From Laetmonice hystrix (taxonomy: Eukaryota): DNA of 64,000 nt. The DNA lies in assembly GCA_965235115.1 (NCBI GenBank), contig OZ249436.1, positions 49,478,001 to 49,542,000 of the forward strand. The letters are read 5' to 3'. Both the position numbers and the translations under genes were made by a program. The notes beneath the pieces were generated by a model. It was not told where the DNA came from. It searched no databases and saw nothing but the letters and a program-made list of their open reading frames with translations. The first letter of the stretch is position 1. Each line of letters begins with the position of its first letter. This document shows, piece by piece, positions 27,517 to 40,500 of the stretch.

Positions 27517-28363
27517 AGATTGATGATAGAGTAGGCATAGCGAGTGGGGTGAGGCTGGGATGGCGGGGTTGTCTCAGAGATCACAGATTGATGCTAGAGT
27601 AGGCATAGCGAGTGGGGTGAGGCTGGGATGGCGGGGTTGTCTCAGAGATCATGTACAGATTGGTGCTAGAGTAGGCATAGCGAGTGGGGTGAGGCTGGGA
27701 TGGCGGGGTTGTCTCAGAGATCATGTAGAGTTTGATGCTAGAGTAGGCATAGCGAGTGGGGTGAGGCTGGGATGGCGGGGTTGTCTCAGAGATCATGTAC
27801 AGATTGATGCTAGAGTACATAGCGAGTGGGGTGAGGCTGGGATGGCGGGGTTGTCTCAGAGATCATGTAGAGTTTGATGCTAGAGTACATAGCGAGTGGG
27901 GTGAGGCTGGGATGGCGGGGTTGTCTCAGAGATCATGTAGAGTTTGATGCTAGGGTAGGCATAGCGAGTGGGGTGAGGCTGGGATGGCGGGGTTGTCTCA
28001 GAGATCATGTAGAGTTTGATGCTAGAGTAGGCATAGCGAGTGGGGTGAGGCTGGGATGGCGGGGTTGTCTCAGAGATCATGTAGAGTTTGATGCTAGAGT
28101 AGGCATAGCGAGTGGGGTGAGGCTGGGATGGCGGGGTTGTCTCAGAGATCATGTAGAGTTTGATGCTAGAGTAGGCATAGCGAGTGGGGTTAGGCTGGGA
28201 TGGCGGGGTTGTCTCAAAGATCATGTACAGATTGATGCTAGAGTAGGCATAGCGAGTGGGGTGAGGCTGGGATGGCGGGGTTGTCTCAGAGATCATGTAC
28301 AGATTGATGCTAGAGTAGGCATAGCGAGTGGGGTGAGGCTGGGATGGCGGGGTTGTCTCAGAG
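27517..28363. repeat. Satellite, 72-bp G-rich unit
   Basis: gatgctagagtaggcatagcgagtggggtgaggctgggatggcggggttgtctcagagatcatgtagagttt. Confidence 0.96.
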
Positions 28364-28650
28364 ACTAAAATATCACCAAGGGGCATGGATATTATTATAC
28401 TGCAGCACATGGTTAGGGAAAATAGTATATATTTCAAGTGACACGAGCCCCGTTTCTTAAGGGGTCTGACATTCCTAACGGCCTTATACCAAATAATTTC
28501 TAATATAATATATTCGAAATTATTTTGTATTACACCGAGAAAGGCCGTTAGAAACACATATTCTAGGCCTATATGTATTATAGGCTATATGATAAACGAA
28601 AATATAATCATATAAACTTAGTAGAAATTAAACATTTTGTTTATAATCAG

Positions 28651-28687
28651 AAGATAAGATAAGATAAGATAAGATAAGATAAGATAA
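28651..28687. repeat. (AAGAT)n microsatellite
   Basis: Direct read. Confidence 0.9.
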
Positions 28688-29049
28688 TCAGAAACCTTTC
28701 AGTGCCACTACAATGACGGTGAGCGAATAGATGAGCGTATTTATTTACAGGATTCAACCCTGGGGTATAGGGAGGACTCCCATAGACTTCCTGATCAGGT
28801 TGACAATGAGTCTCAGTCCTGAACTCGGCTATAATCTACCCCCTGCAGTGTTAAGTATGTCCGTGTGCCGACCGCCTCCTCTGCTAGTCGTCCAACCATT
28901 CTAACATTAAACCCATATCCCCCTACACTAATGCCACAGAAACACGGCCACATTGCGGCCATAACCTTTGCCGCTTGTCTCCTCTTCCGTTTATTATTTC
29001 AGCATCAATGACGTTAGTTGCTCTGTGCCGACGAATTAACGAATACCAG

Positions 29050-29560
29050 GCGCATCGAAAAACGAGTTTAAGCACATTTGTAAATTTAGTCAGGTCGATT
29101 CGTCCGCCGACCAATGGGCAATGCAAGCCAATTGCCGAATTTATGAAACAAATCACCCTGGCCGAATGGAATTATGCCGAGCGTAATTGACGTTCAATTT
29201 GGACTAGGCGGGCGTGGCAGGCGCTGTGGTGGCGGCCCGGGATGTCGAGTGACGGCGGGGTCGAGAGGCCGCGCTCCCGGGGCCAGCTCTACCCGCAGCC
29301 CGCCGCCAGCGGCAGGGGCGGCGGGCTGCGGCGTACGGCCACAACACGGACGGCGTCGGTACGCACCAGGCGGACGGTCCGTCCGTCCACATAGCCGGCC
29401 AGCCGTCAGCCCGCCCGGTGTGCACCGTGCACGGCGGGACACGCAGGCATGCAGTCGGTCGTTGAGTGACACCGACCGGTACACACCGACAACCTCACTC
29501 ACTGGACGATCAAACACTGGTGTATACACTGGGCTGCAGCACAGTGACTGACCGGGACGT
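29050..29560 (+). promoter_or_regulatory. CpG/GC-rich island, candidate proximal Drgx promoter
   Basis: GC/CpG-rich block ~1.7-2.2 kb upstream of coding exon 1, preceded by CCAAT motifs and TAAT cores. Confidence 0.35.
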
Positions 29561-29675
29561 TATAGTATTATATAACATGTCGGCCTATGTCCTTATAAGT
29601 TATAGGTATACGCGATCCGACATGGAAAGTAAAAAAAATGATATACGCGGTTTAATTCTCATGAGATCAGCCCTC

Positions 29676-29961
29676 AAAAACATAACCAGGAAGCCTGGTC
29701 CTGATGTCCTATAATAAAAACATAACCTGGAAGCCTGGTCCTGATGTCCTATAATAAAAACATAACCTGGAAGCCTGGTCCTGATGTCCTATAATAAAAA
29801 CATAACCTGGAAGCCTGGTCCTGATGTCCTATAATAAAAACATAACCTGGAAGCCTGGTCCTGATGTCCTATAATAAAAACATAACCTGGAAGCCTGGTC
29901 CTGATGTCCTATAATAAAAACATAGCATGGAAGCCTGGTCCTGATGTCCTATAATAAAAAC
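29676..29961. repeat. Minisatellite, 40-bp unit, ~7 copies
   Basis: aaaaacataacctggaagcctggtcctgatgtcctataat. Confidence 0.95.
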
Positions 29962-31036
29962 GTGCTCGGGGATTTCTATACGATTTTTCCCTGCAGCCTA
30001 AAACTACATGTCAGGCCGTATCCAGGAAATGATCGGATTGATGACGTATCAACCTGAAACTGTTGCCGCAATTGTTTCGCATGTAAAATAGCGAGAAGTA
30101 TAGTATTGTCACAGACTTTGAATATCTCATGTATACTTGAAATCAAGATTGCAAAGTGCGAAACACATTTTCCACAGAAGTTTACTGAAGCTCAATTCAA
30201 GGTATACTGCCTCTTTCTATGTATACGTATATAGCTGTTGAACTGTATGCCGGTCGCCTGTTCCTGATTCAGCTCCGTATTACCCGCCTATATACCCGGT
30301 ATTTGTTAACATTCTCAAAAAGTCCTTTTCGGTGTTTTTATTTTAATCTTAATCCTTTCCGACATGCCGTCGCCTCTCTCGTTCCCCGGTTGTATATATA
30401 GCCACGCTACATCCATAACTAATCTAATCACAATTATAAAACATTCAACACCATTGCGCTAACGGCCGCCGCTTTTACTTTCACTCTTATTATTTCCATT
30501 TGCTCGATTTAAAGAAATCCAATTAAAGTTTAATCAAATTAGGTGCGAGAAATGGGAAATGGTGCCTGCGGATCTTACGTTCACTATGAAGACGTGCGCA
30601 AAGCTCGTCGAGTTTGTGTCTGTTGTAAATGTATTATCGCTTAGCTTCGGGATTATCCTTTCTATCATTTATCACCCCCTTAAAACCCTACCTTCACGCG
30701 GATAAAAGATTTAATCTAACTATCGCCTCTTGATATGGCGGTGATGTGTCTCGATTTATACGCTGAAGCTGGTCCGTGTTCTGGCAGGAGAAGAAAAGAA
30801 TGCCAGGAGAAGTAGGGACTTTACTCTAAGGACATTAGCACGAGTTCTTCTGCTGATTTTCTCTCCGACACGAGTTATATTACTATATGAGGACGACTCT
30901 TTAAACAGTATACGCTGGACGTTATCATGTACAGAAAGTGGCGTTTATTAGAAACATAAATACTTACAATTTATTGACTCACGTAATAGAGGGAGCGAAC
31001 TTTACAGCACTAATATAAGAGAGAGCGATAGCGAGA

Positions 31037-31042
<6 letters not shown>

Positions 31043-31082
<40 letters not shown>

Positions 31083-31087
31083 GAGAG
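31043..31087. repeat. (GA)n microsatellite upstream of Drgx coding exon 1
   Basis: Direct read. Confidence 0.9.
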
Positions 31088-31275
31088 GAAATGAATATAA
31101 TATTGGTTATCTTTAGAGACCAGCACATGACCCAGGGCAGTGCCCGAAGACATACACCTAGTACAACTTGGACCCCTTCTTGTAGTGTTGTAGTGGTTTC
31201 TAATTAATGCATGTTTTCAAAGAGTTTGGATCAAATAAACAAAGAAATCTACCTTCTGATTTGTTTCAGCCAAAG

Positions 31276-31357
31276 ATGTTTTGCTTCCACTGCCCACCAG
31301 CCCTTCACCCGGCCGCCCGGCTGTCTATGGACTACACACATTGTCCGCCCAATCCAT
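31276..31357 (+). CDS. Drgx: Drgx coding exon 1 ([27 protein letters not shown])
   Basis: Acceptor ttgtttcag ends 31269, ATG at 31276 in caaagATG context, donor CCAT|gtaagt at 31358; Drgx-type N-terminal motif; phase 1 fits next exon. Confidence 0.88.
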
Positions 31358-31517
31358 GTAAGTCACTGCGTCATTTCATCATGGGGGTGTTCATGGCGGT
31401 ATATGGGTGGGCTGCAAATTGATAAAGGCACTGCGACAATCGGGGAGCAGGGGGCCAGTATTAAACTTAATACTTAATACTTAATACCAGAGAGAGAGAG
31501 ATAGAGATAGAGACAGA

Positions 31518-31573
<56 letters not shown>

Positions 31574-34500
31574 CCCGCTATATTAAAGTGGGAAATCTAT
31601 ACCATCAAAGATAACACAATGGGACAACGCATAAAAACATTGTTGCTCCAATCTTTCAGTCCCATGCCAAAGATCCTGGTTTGGTTTTTGATGTCGTGTT
31701 CGTTATTTTATCGATTCAACAGTGAAATTTAAAACAAGTCTGAGAGATGTACAATGTGTTGAGCACTCCGATCTCTCCATTTACGAACATTTCTCTGTTT
31801 ATCCACGCTGGCTTATCGCATTATCGCGTTACGGATTTTCACACAAACCTGGCGATTTCCGACAGAACGTGAAAACACGTCACATCGGACGTGATTAGTT
31901 GGCGCCAATCTCTTTGAAGTGTACACCTCGCCGCGACGGCTTTTTCTCGTTGTGGGCCACGTGATTTAAGAGTAGCGTTCCACAAACGCGGTCTGTGAAC
32001 GCAGATCCACCTACCCAGCCAGTAAAACACGTCCAAGTTGCTGTAATGGAGAGAAAGCTGTAAGGAGTGCCGTAATTACGTTCGGCACACCCAGGAGAGC
32101 CGAAAGCCTATCAATTTACATTCAAGAGCAGACGACACGTTTGCCGCCCGTTTCAAGTAACGTCACCTTTTTTCAGCGGTCACAATTGCGTCGTTTTAGT
32201 CGGAGTTTAGATTTCTAATAATAAATGCCATTTTTGCTCTTTTATTTACGCGTTTTAATTCAATTTATCTTGCCAAAGAACGCTGTTCTATAACAAGTTC
32301 ATCTCACGACGAGACAGTTGTCAATAAAGTAGCCAAAAGTATATGTATAGGCCTACATCAGGAAACATACAGCCATACAACACACAAACTAAAATCGACG
32401 TCCTTCCACCATGTAATATTTCATTTTGTTTGACTAAATGTTTTGATTATGCATATTAATTTCACTAAATGTATTATGTACTACATCCACAAAACTGGTG
32501 GGACTACTATTATTATCTTAGATTTGATATAGAACAACAAGACATTAGAATTTTTTTTCGGGTGGAAAAAAAAGCGTAAGTAGTCTATGGAATCGTCTCA
32601 CTTGGTGCGAGTAGTACATGTAAACGACGGTTTTTCTCAGGTGATTTTTGTTTTGTGGAAGGATGTGCCCGTAGATCTAACGTTCACTTCGAAGGAAGAC
32701 GAATTTGTCTTCTAATTCTCAATTTGTGCTGTTTACATTGATATTCTATATATGATGGCGAAACTTACTTATAGTAATTTCTATTAGAGTACTGATCCAA
32801 TTAGGACGCTCGGTTTGCTTATTAACGTGTCTCTCTGCATGCCGACAAAGTCGGAGAGACATATAGGTGGGCGGCCGTTCACTATATCCGGCACTGACCA
32901 TACCGACACAAACCATTGAATGCTGAACCCAAGTCAGATTATCTAACCATGAATTATTCGTTTCACGCATTTATATACGAATCAGACTCTGACACTCCAA
33001 TTAATTATAAATACAGCTGACCAGCACGTGCACGTCTACAGCGTTTAGATTTACGTGCTGAGCTGTCCTCTGATATTCTTTCTGTGCTTGTAGATCCAAC
33101 CGATAATGCCTCGTGTACGTTGGGTCGGAAATTCTTCACGCTACCCCCTTTAACAATACCCCGGGCCTCTATAGAAGCCGACCCTTGCTGCATTTAGTCC
33201 CCAATCCCTCCCTCCCACGACCACCCACCCATCGACCCGCCCACCGACCCACACCACCCCTCCTTTCCTGTATCAGTTTTGTGTGGGCCACTGTCCCATG
33301 GGTCGACGCGCCCGAGAAATCATGTCGCAGTCTTCAAAGGTCACCGAGCTCTTCCCATTGCCGCGCTTAATTGAATTTTCTCGTCTCAGCTCGCAGGCCT
33401 TGGACGGTGAACAAAAGGATTTAGCCCTGCATCCGAACCGAAATCCCCGACTCCGTTGCCGTTCGCATCAAAGCATCGGCCGCCAAAATATGAAACATTA
33501 AGTCCGGTTAATTAAAACGTCCCTCTGTAGATTCGCTCCTGATTCGGCTCATCAAAAGCAGGCCTAGTTGAGTTAGAGCGCCGCGTCATCTTCCGAGTCA
33601 TTGCGGGATCGACGCATGCATGTATAGCCAGCTCTCGTGGGGATAACTGCGCGGGTGCATCGGTCTCAAGTGGTGTCACATTTAATCACTGATAATGTAC
33701 AATAGAGGGAAATTTTAAACTTTTAATACCTCAATGTACGCGGCTTAATAACATCCACCTTTTATTAAATTATGCTGTGGCGCGCGTATAGAATGACTGT
33801 GCGGGTCCCCACGGCCTAATCCTATACACGACGTCACGTCACGACAGAAGCAGACGACAACGAAAGCTTCCGCGCTGACGCCGCCATAAAGGAGCCTCAT
33901 TCACCGCCCTCTATGCTTCATTTTCTCTCAATTTTCCTTCTTTTCGCCATCGTAAGCGTGCCTGTATTAGGCTATTTTGAAAGCGACAAGCGGGCTCTAT
34001 GTGCCAGGGGTAGACGCAAGCAACAGTTTGAAAAGCGCTAAAGCCAACGCCGGAGCAGTTTTCAATGGAGAGCCTCTCATATTGTAACTAAAGATCTTTG
34101 AGGACTAAAAACCTTAAATGTTCGTCAGAGAGTGATCAGACCATCATAGAGTCCCTCATCTCTTGACGTTATCGCCATGGCAAGAACCTCGTGTTCTCTC
34201 ACAGCTTTATCGAGGCAAACTGCCTTACATGTGCACGCACCTGTGTGAGACATTTTTTGCTGCATATAAATATTGTTTTGCAACATAACAAGCAGAACCT
34301 TGACTCTATATTATATGTGTGAAAATGCTGGTCAAAATGTTTGCGTTTAAGATATAACACGTATGGTCCATATTAGCCATGCAATGTATCGCCCTTGCAT
34401 TAGGCCTATACATTTCGCTTTTGGGTCGATGTATGGAATTCTCGTAGCCAAATATTGAAATCTCTTCAAAAAGAAAAAAAACGGCACCGATTCTATGTCT

Positions 34501-37500
34501 ATAGGAGGTTTCACGTATAATATGATCAGTTGTTTTAACACCTTGGTCTGCATGAGTCGGGACATGAGGAGGTGATAACATTTCTGATCATCGACGCCCC
34601 CAACCCACCCACACGGCCTGGTGGACCTGCCGAGTTGGCGGGCCGGGGGGGGGGGGCTTGGCGGGCCGAGTTGGCGGGCCGGGGGAGCTTGGCGGGCCGA
34701 TCGGGACGAGTTGGCGGGTCGGGGGAGCTTGGCGGGCCGAGTTGGCGGGCCGGGGGAGCTTGGCGGGCCGAGTTGGCGGGCCGAGTTGGCGAGCCGGGGG
34801 AGCTTGGCGGGCCGAGCGGGCCGAGTTGGCGAGCCGGGGGAGCTTGGCAGGCCGAGCGGGCCGAGTTGGCGGGCCGGGGGAGCTTGGCGGGCCGAGCGGG
34901 CCGAGTTGGCGGGCTGGAGAGGGTATATCTATAGGCGGGTCGGGCGGGCGGAGTTGGCGAGCTGGAGGGGGGCTAGGCGGGTCGTGCGGGCCGAGTTGGC
35001 GAGCTGCATGGGGGGCTGGCGGGCAGGGGGCCGAGTTGGCGGGCTGGGAGGGGAAGCTTGGCGGGCCGGGGGCCGAGTTGGCGAGCTGGAGGGGGCTAGG
35101 CGGGTCGGGCGGGCCGAGTTGGCGAGCTGCATGGGGGGCTGGCGGGCAGGGGGCCGAGTTGGCGGGCTGGGAGGGGAAGCTTGGCGGGCCGGGGGCCGAG
35201 TTGGCGAGCTGGAGGGGGCTAGGCGGGTCGGGCGGGCCGAGTTGGCGGGCTGGGAGGGGAAGCTTGGCGGGCCGGGGGGTCGAGTTCGCGGGCCGGGAGG
35301 GGGAGCTTGGCGGGCCGGGCGGGCCGGGCGGGCCGGGCGGGCCGGGCGGGCCGGGCGGGCCGGGCGGGCCGGGCGAGACGGGCGGGCCAGGAGCCCGTCG
35401 GGAGTTGAGCTGTGTTGGGAGCTCGGTGTTACGTTGCGGACAATGCAGCCTCTCAGTGTCGATCGACATTAGAATCACCATTAATTTACGGTGATGAGTC
35501 TGGCGATAAATCACATTATCACCGATCAATGGATGATTTGCATTCCTGGCGCGCGCGATGCGAGGTAGCAAGGTTTGGTAGACTGGCTCTGACGGCGCCG
35601 CTAGCCGGCGGTCAGGGAGACTGGGGCCAAGGTCAACCTGCATCCAAGTCAAGGTTAACCAACCTCCACGTGACGGCACTCTGTGCGTCCGTTTACCCCG
35701 TTAGAGGGTCAAAGAACCGGTTTTCCAATAACTGATAACGATTGCGATAACGACGTCCGATGTTGCGTCACTTTCAGATGGTCCGTACAGTCTCCACCCG
35801 GAACTACATGACGACACGTTCGCGCGGAGGAAACAACGGCGTAACCGGACTACTTTCACCTTGCAGCAGGTTGGTAGACGGTGGATCGGATCTGTTCTTT
35901 AGGCCTAAAAATCAGTGGTGAAAACTCCCTCAATACTGTTTGAATACATCTTCATGTTAAGCTTATCAAAACAATAAAAACATAAATCATTTTTACTTTA
36001 ATGTATAACCAACAGTACTCTGACTAGACTTAGGCCTATAGGCCTAGATCTAGTGACAAATTAGAATATTGATTATTTTTTTAAGTATAGATCTAGGCCT
36101 ATAAAATTCACCTAACTATACTGGAATCATTTTATGAGATTTTCCTCTCTCAAATTAATGTGACTCGAACCCTCATTAAGTGGACTCTATGATTGTGTGA
36201 CTCGAACCCTCATTATGTGGACTCAGAATGATTGTGTGACTCGAACCCTCATTATGTGGACTCTATCATTGTGTGACTCGAACCCTCATTATGTGGACTC
36301 TATGATTGTATGACTGGAACCCTCATTATGTGGACTCTATGATTGTGTGACTCGAACCCTCATTATGTGGACTCTATGATTGTGTGACTCGAACCCTCAT
36401 TATGTGGACTCTATGATTGCGTGACCCGAACCCTCATTATGCGGACTCTATGATTGTGTGACTCGAACCCTCATTCAGTGGACTCTATGATTGTGTAACT
36501 CGAACCCTCATTATGTGGACTCTATGACTGTGTGACTCGAACCCTCATTACGTGGACTCAGAATGATTGTGTGACTCGAACCCTCATTAAATGAACTCTA
36601 TGATTGTGTGACTCAAACCCTCATTAAGTGGACTCTATGATTGTGTGACTCGAACCCTCATTCAGTGGACCCTATGATTGTGTGACTCGAACCCTCATTC
36701 AGTGGACTCTATGATTGTGTGACTCGAACCCTCATTCAGTGGACTCTATGATTGTGTGACTCGAACCCTCATTCAGTGGACTCTATGACTGTTTGATTCG
36801 AACCCTCATTCAGTGGACTCTATGACTGTTTGATTCGAACCCTCATTCAGTGGACTCTAATTATATGATTCAGCTGGAGGAGCTGGAGAAAGCGTTTGCG
36901 CAGACTCACTACCCGGATGTGTTCACACGGGAGGAACTGGCCATGCGCATCAACCTCACAGAGGCCCGGGTCCAGGTTGGTCATTTTCTCACGCCTTCTA
37001 CGTCTTATAGAAGAAAAGATTATGGAATACCAGTGACGTTAAGTCAACTTCCTTTCTCTATAGGCGATAGTAACTGAAGGATCAGCAATAAAACACTTTA
37101 ATAATATTCTAAGGTGTAGGCCTATTATATTGCGAAGGAGATAATATTCAATATAACATTTGTAGGTCTAGTTGCTAATGGAGTAATGAAATAAATGATA
37201 GGTTTGGAGATGTCGAACAGCAAGGAACATCAATCTATCTCCTATGTACTCCGTGACAGCGTGATTTCCAATGTGGTTCGTGGGTGTGAACTGGTTGTAA
37301 GCAAGATGCAAACGTTGAGGGTGAACTCGACATGATAGTTGGGGTGTAACCCCTACCCCCTGACATGGCGGGTGGCAGGGCGGCCACAGCCCAGCCTCGC
37401 GGCACGTGACAGCGGCCACGTGACCACGTGTCATGGCCGCTTCATGGAAAGGACGATTGTTCCTAGGGAAAGGGGCTCCGGCATGTTACGTCCTCCAACC

Positions 37501-40500
37501 CACCCCACCCCCACCCCAACCCTCGGGCAAGGGGGGCTGACGAGGGGTGGAGCTTGTCTCGTTAATCACCCTCGAGTGTCATTCCTAGTAATGGGCGGAC
37601 ATCATCCAAAATGGCTTAATCTGGTCGACTAAACGACGGCGACCTGCTCCGGTCCGACTCGCGTTACGACCCCAACCGGTCTGTCAGGCGGCGCTTATTT
37701 ATCTAATCAAAACGATCATGTTTTAATGAAGGACGTCTTAGTAATTAAGATCTAAGTGGTCCCATCGTCGGCCTCGTGTCGCCAGGTGACGGCTGTACGT
37801 GTCGGAAGTGGTGCCGTTAGTGTGGGCCGACCGCCGGCCACTGCCACCGACCCGACAGTCGCCGACAGTTGACGACATGACCCCAACATTTCACCAGACC
37901 CAGGTGTGATTACGTATTAGCCAAGACCTCGCCCCATCAGGAGTTGAACATATTAAAAAGTAAAATTCAGTTATTCCAAGTGAGCTAATGGTGGTGCGCC
38001 GATCCGTGAGGGCGATCTGCTTAGTTGAGTTGACGCCACCGGAAGTGCTTTAACAGAGCCCGAGGCCCACAAATTGTGTCCGTTTTAATTGCATTAATTG
38101 CTCCATGGACCGTTGCCAAAAAATAGTTCTATGCATACTCGGCTGTGTATATTGAAAAATAGAACTGACTTATCCGGAGGTATAGCTAATGACGGTCGCC
38201 TAATGTGCTAGTGGGATGTACTTAGGTGTATTGCTAACGACCAAAATATTCACAGAGCCTCAGGCACACAAATTGTGACCGTTTTAATTACATTAATTGC
38301 GCTATGGAGCGTTACAGGAAAGAAAACAATAAAAACTATAGGCATGTTTTTTTTAATGTACTTTGACAAGCTCGAATGGAAATAAGGCCTCAAATGAGCT
38401 TTCGATTCTACTTTACTGAGCAACGGTTGTGAAGGTCTGAATTAAAACCATGCATGCTATCTCAAATAGTTACTTGTGTACACAGCCACATTGTGACGTC
38501 ATGCCATGACGTCAGCGAACCCAAGGACTGACCCATGATGACCTGACTACCGGGCCCTGCGGGCTCACACCCTTTGATCCACAGGCATGGCCTATTTTAG
38601 TTTTTTTTTAATGATCACACGCTCTTTATATAGGGGTTCGGCCTTGAGTTGACGATCTGCTCTAGGTTATCCTTTAAAACAATCGTTCCCACATGTGATG
38701 GACATAATGGGGGGTGGGGGTGTGAACAATAATTTAAATAAGGTATTTCTTCATGTAAATAGGTAAGCTGCCCTCCTTTAACATAAAGAAGGGTTGTGTT
38801 CAGCTTTAGTTATAGTATGGAGGGGCCAGGAGGTCGGACGGTCAGCAGTGGACTCCGTGAAACTTGTGCAGCATGACTGCAGGGAATCGGGCCGGCCGTG
38901 CCAACAATCCCCAGTATTGATTCCCGATCGGGTATTACAGTCTGATTTCTGCACCCCGATCAGAAGTGACACGGCCCGGGCCACCCCCACCCCCGGTCTA
39001 TACCACCCCACCCTCACTCCCCCTGATCGCCGCCGTGTAGGGCTGCCCACATCGACACACGCCCAATGAAATGTTAATTCGGTAATGCGTCCCACGCGTA
39101 TTGATACATAAAGGCACAGGTGTTGGCTCCATAATACAATAATTAAGTTTACATAATGTAATAAACAAATTCTGCTATTAGATTACGTCGCTACATCAAA
39201 TCTAATACAGGCAAGAACAAGGAAATATTTGCCAATAGATTTCCCGTCAATTGCGAATTATTGTAGGTAATAGAATCATAAATCGCTCCGTAATTCCATT
39301 ACTCTACATTAAGAATAAGAGGAGTCCTCGCCAGAATTGCATTAATAACGAAGTTTGGGCGCGGAAATTGCGATCAAGGCGGGCATTCTGATCGAAAGCT
39401 GATTTCTGGTGCGGGTGGCCAGGAGTTGGACAGCGAGTCTGTCTGAGGCAGCCGCCCTGCCCTGGGGCTTGGCTTGCAGCTTTTCCAAGCCGCGATGCCC
39501 GTCCCTCATTAGGCCCTAATGAGTAATCATTTGGTGTGAGATTTGTTAGTGATTAGCCCATACATGCTTCCAATTTTCCACCTTTCAGCGGCACAAAAAC
39601 GTTCTAATTAGGTCTTCAGTCTTAGCGCAACGTGGCGGATGTACTTGTGTGTAATAACATTCATAATGATTCAATGGCCTCAGTTTTGTACCGGTCTAAT
39701 AGCGTCGGAAATTGAATTAATTTAACTCAAATAATCCGAGATAAGTGTTACTTTTATTAGCAAACGGCCGCGTATTCCTATTGTAAACTGCGTAATGAGT
39801 ACGTAAAGATCCGCTAAGCTGATTACGTTGTAATCCCGCGAAGCTTTGCCTTCTTTGTGTAACTTCAATGGAAGCCGCCGACAGCGCCTCTGACGTTCGG
39901 CGTCTCGCGACTCTCGCAGCAAACCTCGCCGTCGCGAGACCCTAGAGACTTGACAGTCGAGCGACGGGATCTTTGTATTGGCGTTAAGCCTTGAGCTGCC
40001 GTGAGGGCAGGAAGCTTTACTTGAGAACATCTGCTTTATATGAGATTCGGAAACGCTGACAACGATTGTCAGTGTCTCTTGATGAGGAGGCGCTGATGTC
40101 GACACGTTTCACGTTACAGACCGCTTTCCGGGCGCCGCCTTTCTTATTGAAACACGTACCCCCTGAACTATGGGCGATGAATCGCTTGTCGAGTAGGGTT
40201 GTGGCTGCCTTATTGTTGGCTGTCCGAGGAGTTTGAAGGGTGTGTGAGACATTATAGACCTATGTATAGGCTACACAACGTTATACATTAGAATCCAGCA
40301 ATAGCTTCCACTGCATAATTGGTCGATTTCGTGGAATTAGCACACCTGCTGCTCTGTGTATAGTATAGGCTTGCCGTTGAGGCTGACAACTAAATGGTGT
40401 CTAATGGGAATACGTGTTGTAAGGCCCTTGGGAAACTTGCATAACATCACTTGAAGCACGCAGTATGTGAGGGATTTGCAGTGGAACTTCCGGGCGAAAT

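Noticed and set aside
34588..35679. Collagen-like GPPGPP ORF on the minus strand
   Set aside because: Only a few triplets from a 9-bp GC repeat within Drgx intron 1; several frames are open because of GC content.
35899..37125. Recurrent TAGGCCTA palindrome
   Set aside because: Scattered in AT-rich intronic DNA across the window with no spacing pattern; probably a genome-wide compositional bias.
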